Shown: positions 31,581 to 39,939 of the stretch, piece by piece
How positions within the stretch are numbered: position 1 is the stretch's first letter
Layout: each line of letters opens with the position of its first letter
Sequence record: PX104378.1
Source: a phage
Length of the DNA: 64,000 nt
Reading direction: 5' to 3' (one strand)
Program-made: the position numbers and the translations under genes
The notes under the pieces: model-generated
What the model was told of the DNA's origin: nothing
Seen by the model: only the letters and a program-made list of their open reading frames with translations
Databases searched by the model: none

Positions 31581-32401
31581 TTAGTCACCTCACCGAAAAT
31601 TGTAAATTGTCTACGATTCTCATCGCCGAAGGATTCTACTACGTCGTTTACCTTTATGCAAGTCCCGCGCGGTAAAATTACTTCACATTCGCAAGGATTC
31701 CACGCAATCGACCCAACAACAAAACCTTTATGATCTTTTACATCAATTACCCATGATACATTACAAGAATGTTGCATCTTTCCGGTCATCGATTCATATC
31801 GATTCTCACAATAAAGGCTAGTGCTGTTTGAAAGCCATCCTCCAAAGATGATCGGTGTCATGCTGGTCGACACAAAGTTTTTAAAGGTAAACTCCTTATC
31901 TTCAATGATACGCTCTATTGTCTGAATGTCAAGATGTTGACCGCGATAAAGAGTACCGTTTAACTTTTCGGTTTTATCCATGACGCAATCCATCAAATCA
32001 ACAATTTCTGATATCTCGTCGGTCATGTCTTCTTCCCCTAAGAGAGCACCATTTACCCATTCGTATTGTTCAGACACATAATCACAGATTGCATTATATT
32101 CTGCTGGGGTTATGTTGTTATGTTTGTAATATTTGAATACATTATCTCCAAAATCTTCGGAGTGTACTTCATACATCACATTAATGATTTTCTTGACAAA
32201 TCCATAATCTTGTGTCTCGCGCTCAAGGAAGCGGATAATCTTCACATAATCATCAAAGTTAATCTGATCGCTGATCATCTCAGTGATCATGTAACCATTA
32301 ATACCCTCAATGCCATATGTTTCGATGTAATTATCCATACGTTCCATCATTGATTCGCGTGAATCTTCTGAAAGACGAAAATCCTGTAATTGTTTGAACA
32401 T
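31577..32401 (-). CDS. Short ADP-ribosyltransferase (Alt paralog, ModA/ModB-sized)
   Basis: 274 aa; C-terminal region paralogous to the adjacent Alt catalytic domain: LYRGQ, FKNFVSTS, IFGGW, ECEVILPRG. Confidence 0.8.
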   Translation of the reverse strand: MFKQLQDFRLSEDSRESMMERMDNYIETYGIEGINGYMITEMISDQINFDDYVKIIRFLERETQDYGFVKKIINVMYEVHSEDFGDNVFKYYKHNNITPAEYNAICDYVSEQYEWVNGALLGEEDMTDEISEIVDLMDCVMDKTEKLNGTLYRGQHLDIQTIERIIEDKEFTFKNFVSTSMTPIIFGGWLSNSTSLYCENRYESMTGKMQHSCNVSWVIDVKDHKGFVVGSIAWNPCECEVILPRGTCIKVNDVVESFGDENRRQFTIFGEVTK

Positions 32402-32420
32402 TTTAAACCTCCCATATAAC

Positions 32421-32453
32421 AGAAAACGGGGCTAGTATAAAACTAGTCCCCGT
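32421..32453 (-). terminator. Intrinsic terminator after alt
   Basis: Minus-strand hairpin AACGGGGACTAGT-loop-ACTAGCCCCGTT followed by T-run. Confidence 0.6.
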
Positions 32454-32479
32454 TTGAGTCAACCATTATTTCTTAAAAA

Positions 32480-34531
32480 TTACATTTTAAATTTATCTGG
32501 CATTGCGTCTACAGATACCAGATCAGCGATAAGCTGACGTAGAGTTGCCTTATCTGCTTTCTTACGTTCGGTTTTAGCTTCGGTAATAAAGCTGGAGAAA
32601 GACAGGTCAGAAGCAGGTTTAACAACACCTTCACGGATGAATGCATCACCGTCCGCGATCATCTCGCCAGATTCTTGTAATGCTGCCAGTTCATTTTTGT
32701 TCATAATATGTGCCTCAATGTAATAAGTTTCTTGTGAATCCGTCGATGCCGTAGCACGAGTTACCGTATCAAAGGATAACACAACACCGCGAGGAAGTAA
32801 AATCTCGCATTCTTTGTAAGCAAATGCTTTGTTACCTACTGGCAATACGGGGATGTTTTCCGCGCCAGCAATGGAGAAAGCAACATTAGCGCCACCTTCA
32901 CCGCGAGATCCAGCCATAGAATCTACACCAGCAACGGCACTAGCCACGTTTGCATTCCAGCCGCCAAAAATGTTAGGTGCAAGGGAAGTGCTCACATAGT
33001 TTTTAAAGTAAAACGCTTTTTGCTTACGTGCAGTTTCCCACATTTGCGACCGGAAGTCCATACCACGATACAGAATAGTACCAGGATCAAGTTTAACGCC
33101 ATAGTTGGAGAAGGCATTATCCAGTGCATCGCACATCTTGACCAATTCTTCTGGATCTGCGATGCCTTCAAACTCTTCCAGCTTACGGTCGGTTAGGAAG
33201 TTGTTCATATTGATGTATGCTGCATCGGCATATTCGCTCAACACAAAACCTTCCGCGCCCGGCAGATCAAGATCAATATCTGCCATCATTTCACCCATGT
33301 TGCTAGCAATTGCTTCAAACATACCGGAAGCAACATTACGTAGGGCATCGGTTTTAATCTGTGTGATGTGACTACGCAGCATTTCAGCTTTTACATCTGC
33401 TGGCATAGACTGGTCTACTCGATCCATTGCCAGGGCGGTGATCTTGTTTTCGAATACTTCCTCGCTCATGATTTCTTTTAAGCGTTTGATTGATGCTGCG
33501 ATAACTTCCGCAGACAACGGATCATATTGATCCTGAACTTTTACCAGTTCGCTTACTGCATATTTTGCATCGGCTTCGCTTTCAAAAATAGTACGCATGA
33601 AACCATAGCGAGTGATAATATCACTTGTCCAGTCATTCAGAGAACGAGCGGTTGAACGTTCTAAGGCTTGACGATCAATCAGAGTATTAAACTGTTTCTT
33701 AGGTTCGGCTTCGGTGATATCTTCTTCTGGTTTAAGATTAATTTTTTCTGGATGATTCACGTAGTCGCTGTTATATGTCGCTTGAGTTTTCAGCATTTCT
33801 TCTTTAGTCAAACGAGATTTAGCCGCTACGCGTTGTTCCGCTTCCGCGTTTCGTTCTTCTTCTGACACAAGACTAGCCGCATACGCCTCATCTTTAGTCA
33901 GAGATTCACCAGTAGCCTTAGATACCCAGCGATCACCTAAATCACTTTCTACTTTAGTGAACAAGGATTCATCAAGTTTAATCCCTTTAATCTTATCAAT
34001 CGCCATCCCGCGACGCTTGACAACAACTAAAGCGATCTTTTTGCTGGTCATTACTTCCTGCTGGAATACTTCAAACTTCGGTGTACGACGCACCAAACGC
34101 TCTATAACGCGCTTAACCAGTTCGGTCTTACCTTTCATGCGGGATACGTTAAAACGGAACATAACAGCGTCTAATTGCGCTTTACGGGCTGTTTCCATAA
34201 CCACATCAAAAGCACTTGCCATAACTGCAATCGGGTTATCGCCTAGACCATTTTTAAGCTGTACAATACGACCGCTTTTGTTCATTTCGCACAGTACAAC
34301 ATGTGCGGTCTTGTCACCCATACGAATGATTTTAGGTGTTTTGTTGGTGAAGTTACAAAGACGGACAATCACATCTTTATCGCGTGTCTGTACTGCAAAA
34401 AGCTGTTTAGGATTCTGCTTAGGCTTTAAGCACTGTACCGGAGCAATACTGCCAAAGTTTTCTTCCTCTTCCGTCAACAGCCATTTCTCGAAAGATTCAA
34501 TCATTAGATCGTCGATTTCTAAGTTAAACAT
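32480..34531 (-). CDS. alt: ADP-ribosyltransferase Alt
   Basis: 683 aa vs T4 Alt 682 aa; position after gp54; R-S-E motifs YRGM, YVSTS, ECEILLPRG. Confidence 0.88.
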   Translation of the reverse strand: MFNLEIDDLMIESFEKWLLTEEEENFGSIAPVQCLKPKQNPKQLFAVQTRDKDVIVRLCNFTNKTPKIIRMGDKTAHVVLCEMNKSGRIVQLKNGLGDNPIAVMASAFDVVMETARKAQLDAVMFRFNVSRMKGKTELVKRVIERLVRRTPKFEVFQQEVMTSKKIALVVVKRRGMAIDKIKGIKLDESLFTKVESDLGDRWVSKATGESLTKDEAYAASLVSEEERNAEAEQRVAAKSRLTKEEMLKTQATYNSDYVNHPEKINLKPEEDITEAEPKKQFNTLIDRQALERSTARSLNDWTSDIITRYGFMRTIFESEADAKYAVSELVKVQDQYDPLSAEVIAASIKRLKEIMSEEVFENKITALAMDRVDQSMPADVKAEMLRSHITQIKTDALRNVASGMFEAIASNMGEMMADIDLDLPGAEGFVLSEYADAAYINMNNFLTDRKLEEFEGIADPEELVKMCDALDNAFSNYGVKLDPGTILYRGMDFRSQMWETARKQKAFYFKNYVSTSLAPNIFGGWNANVASAVAGVDSMAGSRGEGGANVAFSIAGAENIPVLPVGNKAFAYKECEILLPRGVVLSFDTVTRATASTDSQETYYIEAHIMNKNELAALQESGEMIADGDAFIREGVVKPASDLSFSSFITEAKTERKKADKATLRQLIADLVSVDAMPDKFKM

Positions 34532-34571
34532 TTTATATCCTCTAGTTGATAACCTATAAACCTATATTTAT

Positions 34572-34593
34572 GAAAAAGGGGCTTTACGCCCCT
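34572..34593 (-). terminator. Intrinsic terminator after 34598..34810
   Basis: Minus-strand hairpin AGGGGCG-TAAA-GCCCCT followed by TTTTT. Confidence 0.55.
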
Positions 34594-34597
34594 TTTA

Positions 34598-34810
34598 TTA
34601 TAATGCACCATCAAGCAATTGCTCTAAGGTGTATCCTGAATAGTCTTTTTCAATCAGGATATATTTTCCTACTCGTTTAATCCAGCCACGCATTTCAACG
34701 TATTCTGCGTAGTTGATGGTACGAGTTGTTCCATCTTCCAGTAATGCAGTACCGATTTCGTTGATGCGGTCATAAGTTACGTCGGTAATGATGATTTCGA
34801 TGTTAGCCAT
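34598..34810 (-). CDS. Small early protein
   Basis: 70 aa; ATG with SD directly downstream of promoter cassette; terminator downstream. Confidence 0.6.
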   Translation of the reverse strand: MANIEIIITDVTYDRINEIGTALLEDGTTRTINYAEYVEMRGWIKRVGKYILIEKDYSGYTLEQLLDGAL

Positions 34811-34846
34811 TTGATACTCCTTAGTAGTTCGTTTCGGTATGTGTGC

Positions 34847-34875
34847 ATTATAGGGGATCGATGATCCCCTGTCAA
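34847..34875 (-). promoter_or_regulatory. Early promoter cassette P1 (TTGACA-N17-TATAAT, GC palindrome in spacer)
   Basis: Minus strand TTGACAggggatcatcgatccccTATAAT then conserved leader gcacacataccgaaacgaa; drives 34598..34810. Confidence 0.6.
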
Positions 34876-34882
34876 CAACTTT

Positions 34883-35401
34883 TTAGTTATTTTTTAATTG
34901 CTCATCTTGCAATAAAGCAATCACATGCTGGCGATGTTCTTCCGATTGAGGCACACCGAAAAAGTTTGTTTTGTAGAAATACTCTAATCGGTCTTCTCGT
35001 GTGCTCTCTTCCATCATGATCGCGGGTAGTCCGAGATTTCGGAAACGTCGCTTTTCTGCTGGCGTAAAATCGCTGTAATACAGCATAGAATCATCATTAC
35101 CAGCAATGCTAAACTCATCCTTCATGAAGGAGAATATTGCGTTTAAACGCTGTTTACCGTCCACTATTTCGATTTCATAGCGAGAGCCATCATCAATCTT
35201 AGCCATTGCGATAGCACCAACCGGAAAATCATTAATCAGGTTTTCGATAAACATACGTTTGTTTTCGGTGTCCCATACCAAAGGACGCTGATAATCTGGG
35301 TTCATGTTGATATAGCCATCTTCTAACCACGCCTCATAAACAGAGATGACAAAGTTTTTAGTATTGGTATAGTAACGGCGTTTAGGAGTTAAACGGTTCA
35401 T
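34883..35401 (-). CDS. DUF262/ParB-like (GmrSD N-terminal domain-like) protein
   Basis: 172 aa; motifs PDYQRPLVWD and VDGKQRLNA (DGQQR-type); ATGA overlap with upstream ORF. Confidence 0.7.
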   Translation of the reverse strand: MNRLTPKRRYYTNTKNFVISVYEAWLEDGYINMNPDYQRPLVWDTENKRMFIENLINDFPVGAIAMAKIDDGSRYEIEIVDGKQRLNAIFSFMKDEFSIAGNDDSMLYYSDFTPAEKRRFRNLGLPAIMMEESTREDRLEYFYKTNFFGVPQSEEHRQHVIALLQDEQLKNN

Positions 35402-35577
35402 AGTGTGCTTACCTTTTCAATATATGCGTCCGCATACTGGCGAATGCTCATTTCTTCTCGTACTGCTGCTACAAATTCTTTCATGGATTCAAACCATTTG
35501 TAGGTGTCGCGATACATGACCAACTCTTCCCAAGTAAGATCGCAAATCTCTTTACCGTGTAGTTGTGGTGTTATCAT
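35398..35577 (-). CDS. Small hypothetical protein (59 aa), not in ORF table
   Basis: ATG overlaps stop of zinc-ribbon gene (ATGA) and its stop overlaps ATG of DUF262 gene; translation MITPQLHGKEICDLTWEELVMYRDTYKWFESMKEFVAAVREEMSIRQYADAYIEKVSTL. Confidence 0.5.
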   Translation of the reverse strand: MITPQLHGKEICDLTWEELVMYRDTYKWFESMKEFVAAVREEMSIRQYADAYIEKVSTL

Positions 35578-35912
35578 AATATAGTTCTCCTGAATGGATC
35601 ATCACGTAAATCAATATCTTTTAAGAACTCATCCCATGAATAGCGGATATTGTTCTTAATTCTCCAGATAAGCGCAGGGATTGAACGCTCTCCCATCTGG
35701 AAGTATGGATCGTATGATCCGTATGCCCAATATGCTACTACAATTCCACAATCAGCGCAATAGTATTCTATTTCACTTGCTGGCGACAAAAGTCCATCAA
35801 TATGATCAGTGATCTTGCTTTCGATGTTATGGCTATGACAATCAGGGCAACGGATGCAATGACCTTGTTTATCGTAATTTGACGTTAGCGAATACTTAAA
35901 CAATCTCATCAT
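35574..35912 (-). CDS. Zinc-ribbon protein
   Basis: 112 aa; CIRCPDCHSH ... YYCADCG; ATGA overlap with upstream methyltransferase-like gene. Confidence 0.65.
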   Translation of the reverse strand: MMRLFKYSLTSNYDKQGHCIRCPDCHSHNIESKITDHIDGLLSPASEIEYYCADCGIVVAYWAYGSYDPYFQMGERSIPALIWRIKNNIRYSWDEFLKDIDLRDDPFRRTIL

Positions 35913-36625
35913 AGATCCTTATTGGCTTCAAATACTGCCTTTGCGAATCCTCGCGGGGTAAGTGACCTGATAGTCTTTGTTCTGGTTCCTTTCCCGCCTA
36001 GCTTAGAATGCTGTTTACTGTACCCTTTCTCAATCGGCAACGGTTTCTTTTCTGGCATTATAAAGCCTTGTCCGGTCCATAAGCAAGTCTTTTTCGGGTA
36101 CATATCACGGGCGGCAATATACTCAGGAAACGTAGGATGTATATCATCTTCCGGCAAATAACCGCCATATTCCCACGGGTGGAACATGTAATCAGGCTTA
36201 CGCCACATGCTAGAGATAACGCTTACAGGATTCTCTATCATGTAGGGAACTCCTAGCCATTCACCCAAATAAGCGGTTATTTTAGCTGCCCGTACATCAT
36301 GAACTTGAATTAATGGTCCTTGCTCTCGTTTCTTTCGTTCAAAGTGTGCAGCGCCACTAACAGCTAAATTGGTACACGGTGGGAATGCAAAGATAATATC
36401 CGGTTTCCCCCATTCAAGGTCCATTGCTCTTTCCAGCCAATTCAAATCAATCCATGTGTTTACATAGGTAATGTTTGGATGTTCAAATCGGGTATTATAT
36501 TTTTTGTATGTACCGTGGTCGCCGTCGTCAGCATTGAAGCAGATCACCTTATGACCTGCTTTAGCCCATTCTAGCCCCATTATCCCCGATCCGTCAAAGT
36601 TGCAGAATATTAATTTTTGTTTCAT
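35909..36625 (-). CDS. C5-pyrimidine methyltransferase-fold protein (Dcm-like catalytic core, no obvious target-recognition domain)
   Basis: 238 aa; motif I-like FDGSGIMG, motif IV-like FPPCTNLAVSG (Pro-Cys), ENV-like IENPV. Confidence 0.6.
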   Translation of the reverse strand: MKQKLIFCNFDGSGIMGLEWAKAGHKVICFNADDGDHGTYKKYNTRFEHPNITYVNTWIDLNWLERAMDLEWGKPDIIFAFPPCTNLAVSGAAHFERKKREQGPLIQVHDVRAAKITAYLGEWLGVPYMIENPVSVISSMWRKPDYMFHPWEYGGYLPEDDIHPTFPEYIAARDMYPKKTCLWTGQGFIMPEKKPLPIEKGYSKQHSKLGGKGTRTKTIRSLTPRGFAKAVFEANKDL

Positions 36626-36867
36626 ATACGCCCCTTTAACCCAACACAGATTTTAGAAGGTTCTTTACCGTGCCACATTAAGTAAAGTCCGTTAGTGCGG
36701 CCTTGTTTTGTATATGATTCTTTTCTAATCTTCTTATAGTGTCGTGCTTCCTCAACCGATTGTTTAGAATACCAATCATAAAGGAAGATGAACAAAGGCC
36801 AACCATTAGCGGCCTTAATGCAGTTATTAAGAAATTCCTTATTGCGTTTAATTAATTTTCTTTTCAC
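36622..36867 (-). CDS. Small basic hypothetical protein
   Basis: 81 aa ORF; apparent GTG start overlapping stop of upstream gene; start uncertain. Confidence 0.45.
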   Translation of the reverse strand: MKRKLIKRNKEFLNNCIKAANGWPLFIFLYDWYSKQSVEEARHYKKIRKESYTKQGRTNGLYLMWHGKEPSKICVGLKGRI

Positions 36868-37115
36868 GCTGCCCCCGTTGGTTTGATAGTAACAGAATCT
36901 AAAAGACCTTTGTTAGCCAGTTCGCGGCAAGTTTTCAGATCCGCAACTTCCCAGCCAGCCGCAATCAGGTTATCTATGAGGCTGTTAGCAACTTCCTCGC
37001 TCATGAAAGAGCACTGTTTGCCGATGGTGTAGCGTACACGCTGTAATTTCAGTTTACGGAAGCCTTTAACGTTCAGGTCTTTAGCGATTTTCTTTGCGGT
37101 TTCGATGTTAGCCAT
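36864..37115 (-). CDS. Small early protein
   Basis: 83 aa; ATG with SD downstream of promoter cassette. Confidence 0.6.
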   Translation of the reverse strand: MANIETAKKIAKDLNVKGFRKLKLQRVRYTIGKQCSFMSEEVANSLIDNLIAAGWEVADLKTCRELANKGLLDSVTIKPTGAA

Positions 37116-37155
37116 TGTTTGATTCTCCTAAGTGGTATCTCGTCTTGATGGTTGT

Positions 37156-37184
37156 ATTGTAGGGGAGTTATCCTCCCCTGTCAA
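37156..37184 (-). promoter_or_regulatory. Early promoter cassette P2 (TTGACA-N17-TACAAT, palindromic spacer)
   Basis: Same architecture upstream of 36864..37115; coords +/-2. Confidence 0.55.
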
Positions 37185-37198
37185 CACTTTTTATAAAA

Positions 37199-37366
37199 TT
37201 ATTTGTTAATTTCTGGTGCGTTGCTAGGATAGTAACCTTCTTTAACTCCGAGGTATTTCGCAACCATCCCTACAATCTTCTGTGCTACTACAATGTCAAA
37301 TTTCAGATAATCTTCGCCGTGGGTTTCAATGATATATGCTTCACATGCTGCTTTAGTCTCGAACAT
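37199..37366 (-). CDS. Small early protein (55 aa), copy A of a duplicated gene; not in ORF table
   Basis: MFETKAACEAYIIETHGEDYLKFDIVVAQKIVGMVAKYLGVKEGYYPSNAPEINK; about 85-90 percent identical to 40461..40628; promoter cassette upstream. Confidence 0.6.
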   Translation of the reverse strand: MFETKAACEAYIIETHGEDYLKFDIVVAQKIVGMVAKYLGVKEGYYPSNAPEINK

Positions 37367-37399
37367 TTTGATTCTCCTATTTCGTTTCGGTATGTGTGT

Positions 37400-37428
37400 A
37401 TTATAGGGGATCTCCCGATCCCCGTCAA
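37400..37428 (-). promoter_or_regulatory. Early promoter cassette P3 (TTGACG-N17-TATAAT, palindromic spacer)
   Basis: Upstream of 37199..37366; conserved leader. Confidence 0.55.
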
Positions 37429-37442
37429 CAACTTTTTTAAAA

Positions 37443-37724
37443 TTATTCGTGATTAGTTTCGATGTTGTACATTTTGCACCAGTTCAGCCAATCGCCCAGA
37501 TCTTGATAGTTGATGCTTTTATCTGCGGCCATCGTTTTTGTCTTGATACCCATATGTGCGTTATGAGTAAGCATTTTTACAGTGAACTCAATTTTATCGC
37601 CTTTAGCTTTAACATCAACCAGTTTGGTCCACTGGCTACCAGCACCGCGAATGTTCATACCAACGATGTTTCCGATGTATGCTTCTTTGTTTTTCAGGAT
37701 TTCGGTTGCTTTGATGAATTTCAT
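37443..37724 (-). CDS. Small early protein
   Basis: 93 aa; ATG with SD downstream of promoter cassette. Confidence 0.6.
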   Translation of the reverse strand: MKFIKATEILKNKEAYIGNIVGMNIRGAGSQWTKLVDVKAKGDKIEFTVKMLTHNAHMGIKTKTMAADKSINYQDLGDWLNWCKMYNIETNHE

Positions 37725-37757
37725 TTTTGATTCTCCAGTTCGTTTCGGTATGTGTGT

Positions 37758-37786
37758 ATTATGCTATGTTCTTACTTTGGTGTCAA
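37758..37786 (-). promoter_or_regulatory. Early promoter cassette P4 (TTGACA-N17-CATAAT)
   Basis: Upstream of 37443..37724; conserved leader; no palindrome. Confidence 0.55.
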
Positions 37787-37795
37787 CAACTTTTT

Positions 37796-38065
37796 TTAGA
37801 TATTTTCAGAAATAAATTTTAAAACTTGACGTAAATGTTTCTCATCTTTGATGGTAGCCGGAAGTTCTTCTTTTACTTCCTGTGCAAGATAGATATTTCC
37901 GTTCCAAGTGAAAGATCCGTCTTCGTTTACTCGATAGCTGAACATCCACTCGCAATCATTTTCGATTTCATATACACACAGAAGGGTGTAATCGTTAAAG
38001 CTATTGATTTCAAGGTCGAAGCCGTGACGTTTTGCAAAGTTGGTAGTGGTTTTAGTCAGTGCCAT
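37796..38065 (-). CDS. Small early protein
   Basis: 89 aa; ATG with SD downstream of promoter cassette. Confidence 0.6.
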   Translation of the reverse strand: MALTKTTTNFAKRHGFDLEINSFNDYTLLCVYEIENDCEWMFSYRVNEDGSFTWNGNIYLAQEVKEELPATIKDEKHLRQVLKFISENI

Positions 38066-38105
38066 TGTTTGATTCTCCTAAGTGGTATCTCGTTTCGATG
38101 TGTGT

Positions 38106-38134
38106 ATTATGCTATAGGCTAGACCAGGTGTCAA
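38106..38134 (-). promoter_or_regulatory. Early promoter cassette P5 (TTGACA-N17-CATAAT)
   Basis: Upstream of 37796..38065. Confidence 0.55.
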
Positions 38135-38160
38135 CAACTTTTTTTAATTTTTTTGGAAAT

Positions 38161-38184
38161 AAAAAAGCCGACGCTAAGGTCGGC
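38161..38184 (-). terminator. Intrinsic terminator after 38193..38501
   Basis: Minus-strand hairpin GCCGACC-TTAGC-GTCGGC followed by TTTTTT. Confidence 0.6.
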
Positions 38185-38192
38185 TAATAAAA

Positions 38193-38501
38193 TCATTTAG
38201 ACAAATAATCATTCTGTGCAATCCGGTCGGCGTATGCTGGTGTTACGTCAATCGCAATCACTTTAACGCGTGCTTTCTTGCGACCTGGGTTTTCTCGTAA
38301 CCAGTGCTCATGACCGTGAACATTTTTATACTGCGATGCTTCTTCGAAGGTACGGATCGGACCTGGGTAATCAGCGTAAAGGATCTCTAGATCTTCGGTG
38401 ATGTAAAAATATACATCGTAATTGCTGTTCTCTAGCTTAAGCAGAGACTTTCGGAACATTGGGAGATTTTCGCGGGTAAATTCAAAGATATTATCTTTCA
38501 T
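38193..38501 (-). CDS. HxHxHW-family small protein (paralog 1 of 6)
   Basis: 102 aa; YDVYFYITEDL ... HGHEHWL ... VIAIDV; terminator downstream. Confidence 0.65.
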   Translation of the reverse strand: MKDNIFEFTRENLPMFRKSLLKLENSNYDVYFYITEDLEILYADYPGPIRTFEEASQYKNVHGHEHWLRENPGRKKARVKVIAIDVTPAYADRIAQNDYLSK

Positions 38502-38524
38502 AGTATTATCCTCAATAGTTGGAT

Positions 38525-38546
38525 GAAAAGGGGGCTTAACGCCCCC
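38525..38546 (-). terminator. Intrinsic terminator after 38552..38839
   Basis: Minus-strand hairpin GGGGGCG-TTAA-GCCCCC followed by TTTTC. Confidence 0.55.
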
Positions 38547-38551
38547 ATATA

Positions 38552-38839
38552 TTAAAACAGTCCTTCTTGTACGCCGTAGTAGAGTTCGTCGCTGATAATT
38601 TCATTAATGCGACGGTGTGCATATTCCTGATTTGCGAAGTTGTCAGCAAGTTCTACTTTAGTTTCGCCGTCATGAGTCCATTTAGTGATAACTTTACCAT
38701 CTGCAAATTTGAAGTTGAACTCTTTAGCTACTGCATCGCGTACCAGACGTGCAAACTTGTTGTTACGGATTGCATTATCGGTTTCGTGTGCAGCGTGAGC
38801 AAATTTGTTAACTTTCAGCGTGATAGTGATGTATGCCAT
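38552..38839 (-). CDS. Small early protein
   Basis: 95 aa; ATG with SD downstream of promoter cassette; terminator downstream. Confidence 0.6.
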   Translation of the reverse strand: MAYITITLKVNKFAHAAHETDNAIRNNKFARLVRDAVAKEFNFKFADGKVITKWTHDGETKVELADNFANQEYAHRRINEIISDELYYGVQEGLF

Positions 38840-38885
38840 AATTTGATTCTCCTAGTTAGAAAGTGTATCTCGTTTCGATGGGTGT

Positions 38886-38914
38886 ATTATGCTATACACC
38901 CGATCTTATGTCAA
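38886..38914 (-). promoter_or_regulatory. Early promoter cassette P6 (TTGACA-N17-CATAAT)
   Basis: Upstream of 38552..38839. Confidence 0.55.
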
Positions 38915-38920
38915 CACTTT

Positions 38921-39199
38921 TTATAAAATAATTTTTTGATATTTTTCTATGATGTTCGTGTAATCCACATCAACCGCTATCACCGTTGCTTCGAATCCAC
39001 CGTTTAGCCAATGGCTATGGTCATGATCGTGAAAGAAACCAAGACCAGTACGAAGACCTTCTTTATATTCGGCGCGTACATTTAGATCATCATCGATAAA
39101 CAGATAAAACCATGAATTTTTACTAGGATTGATGATACAACCTTTCAGATTAGGGAGAATATCACGACTAAGAATAAACTTATCACCTACTTTGAACAT
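38921..39199 (-). CDS. HxHxHW-family small protein (paralog 2)
   Basis: Start trimmed to ATG with SD GAGGA (table start is GTG); WFYLFIDDDL ... HDHDHSHWL ... VIAVDV. Confidence 0.65.
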   Translation of the reverse strand: MFKVGDKFILSRDILPNLKGCIINPSKNSWFYLFIDDDLNVRAEYKEGLRTGLGFFHDHDHSHWLNGGFEATVIAVDVDYTNIIEKYQKIIL

Positions 39200-39203
39200 A
39201 ATA

Positions 39204-39524
39204 TTAGTCCTCACTTATAAGGTCAAACCAATTGTTTTTCGCATAATGCTTAATGCGTGCTTGATCTGCTTCTGCTGGTGATAGATTCCATGCAACCACT
39301 ACAACTTCTGACGCATCGTCATCCGTTTCTGATACCCAATGATTATGATTCATACAATTGTTTGCTATCGCGTGAGCAAATGATTTCATCACTGGAGACG
39401 TATAATCATAGTAACGGATTTTCAGATTTTCATCAACGTACAAATAGATCGTATAAGGTTTATATTCAGTAACCAGTAACAGACAGTTACGCAATTCTGG
39501 GAAAATATTTTTAGTTAATTTCAT
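39204..39524 (-). CDS. HxHxHW-family small protein (paralog 3)
   Basis: 106 aa; TIYLYVDENL ... NHNHWV ... VVVAWN; ATGA coupling to upstream gene. Confidence 0.6.
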   Translation of the reverse strand: MKLTKNIFPELRNCLLLVTEYKPYTIYLYVDENLKIRYYDYTSPVMKSFAHAIANNCMNHNHWVSETDDDASEVVVVAWNLSPAEADQARIKHYAKNNWFDLISED

Positions 39525-39727
39525 ATTCTAGTTCTCCGTAATACACGGTAATCCATTTTTTCTTCATACTTTGTATCTTTCCAACACACAATCCCGTTTA
39601 CTGTGCAATCTTTGGAATTGACGAATGATTCATATTGTTCTGCATCTTCCATCATTGCATGAGCGGTCTTTTCATCGAATATATCGCAGATCGCTTTATA
39701 TGCTCGATAATCTTTAAATTTGCTCAT
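39521..39727 (-). CDS. MSKFKDY-family small protein (tandem paralog B)
   Basis: Start trimmed to MSKFKDYRAY; paralogous to adjacent 39730..39939. Confidence 0.55.
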   Translation of the reverse strand: MSKFKDYRAYKAICDIFDEKTAHAMMEDAEQYESFVNSKDCTVNGIVCWKDTKYEEKMDYRVLRRTRI

Positions 39728-39729
39728 AA

Positions 39730-39939
39730 TTAAGACCACTCAAGAGTTTTTGAAAACACATCTATCCATTGTTGAGTATATGCGGTTTCTTTCCATGATA
39801 CAATACCAGTCGAATAATGGTTTTTGTTTCCAGAAAAGGACGGGCATTTTGAGGCATCTTCCATCATCTTTTCGGCGAACTCTGGTTCGTATACTCGCAA
39901 GATCTGTTGATATGCTTTATAATCTTTAAATTTGCTCAT
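39730..39939 (-). CDS. MSKFKDY-family small protein (tandem paralog A)
   Basis: 69 aa; MSKFKDYKAYQQIL..EKMMEDAS; overlaps stop of upstream gene. Confidence 0.55.
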   Translation of the reverse strand: MSKFKDYKAYQQILRVYEPEFAEKMMEDASKCPSFSGNKNHYSTGIVSWKETAYTQQWIDVFSKTLEWS

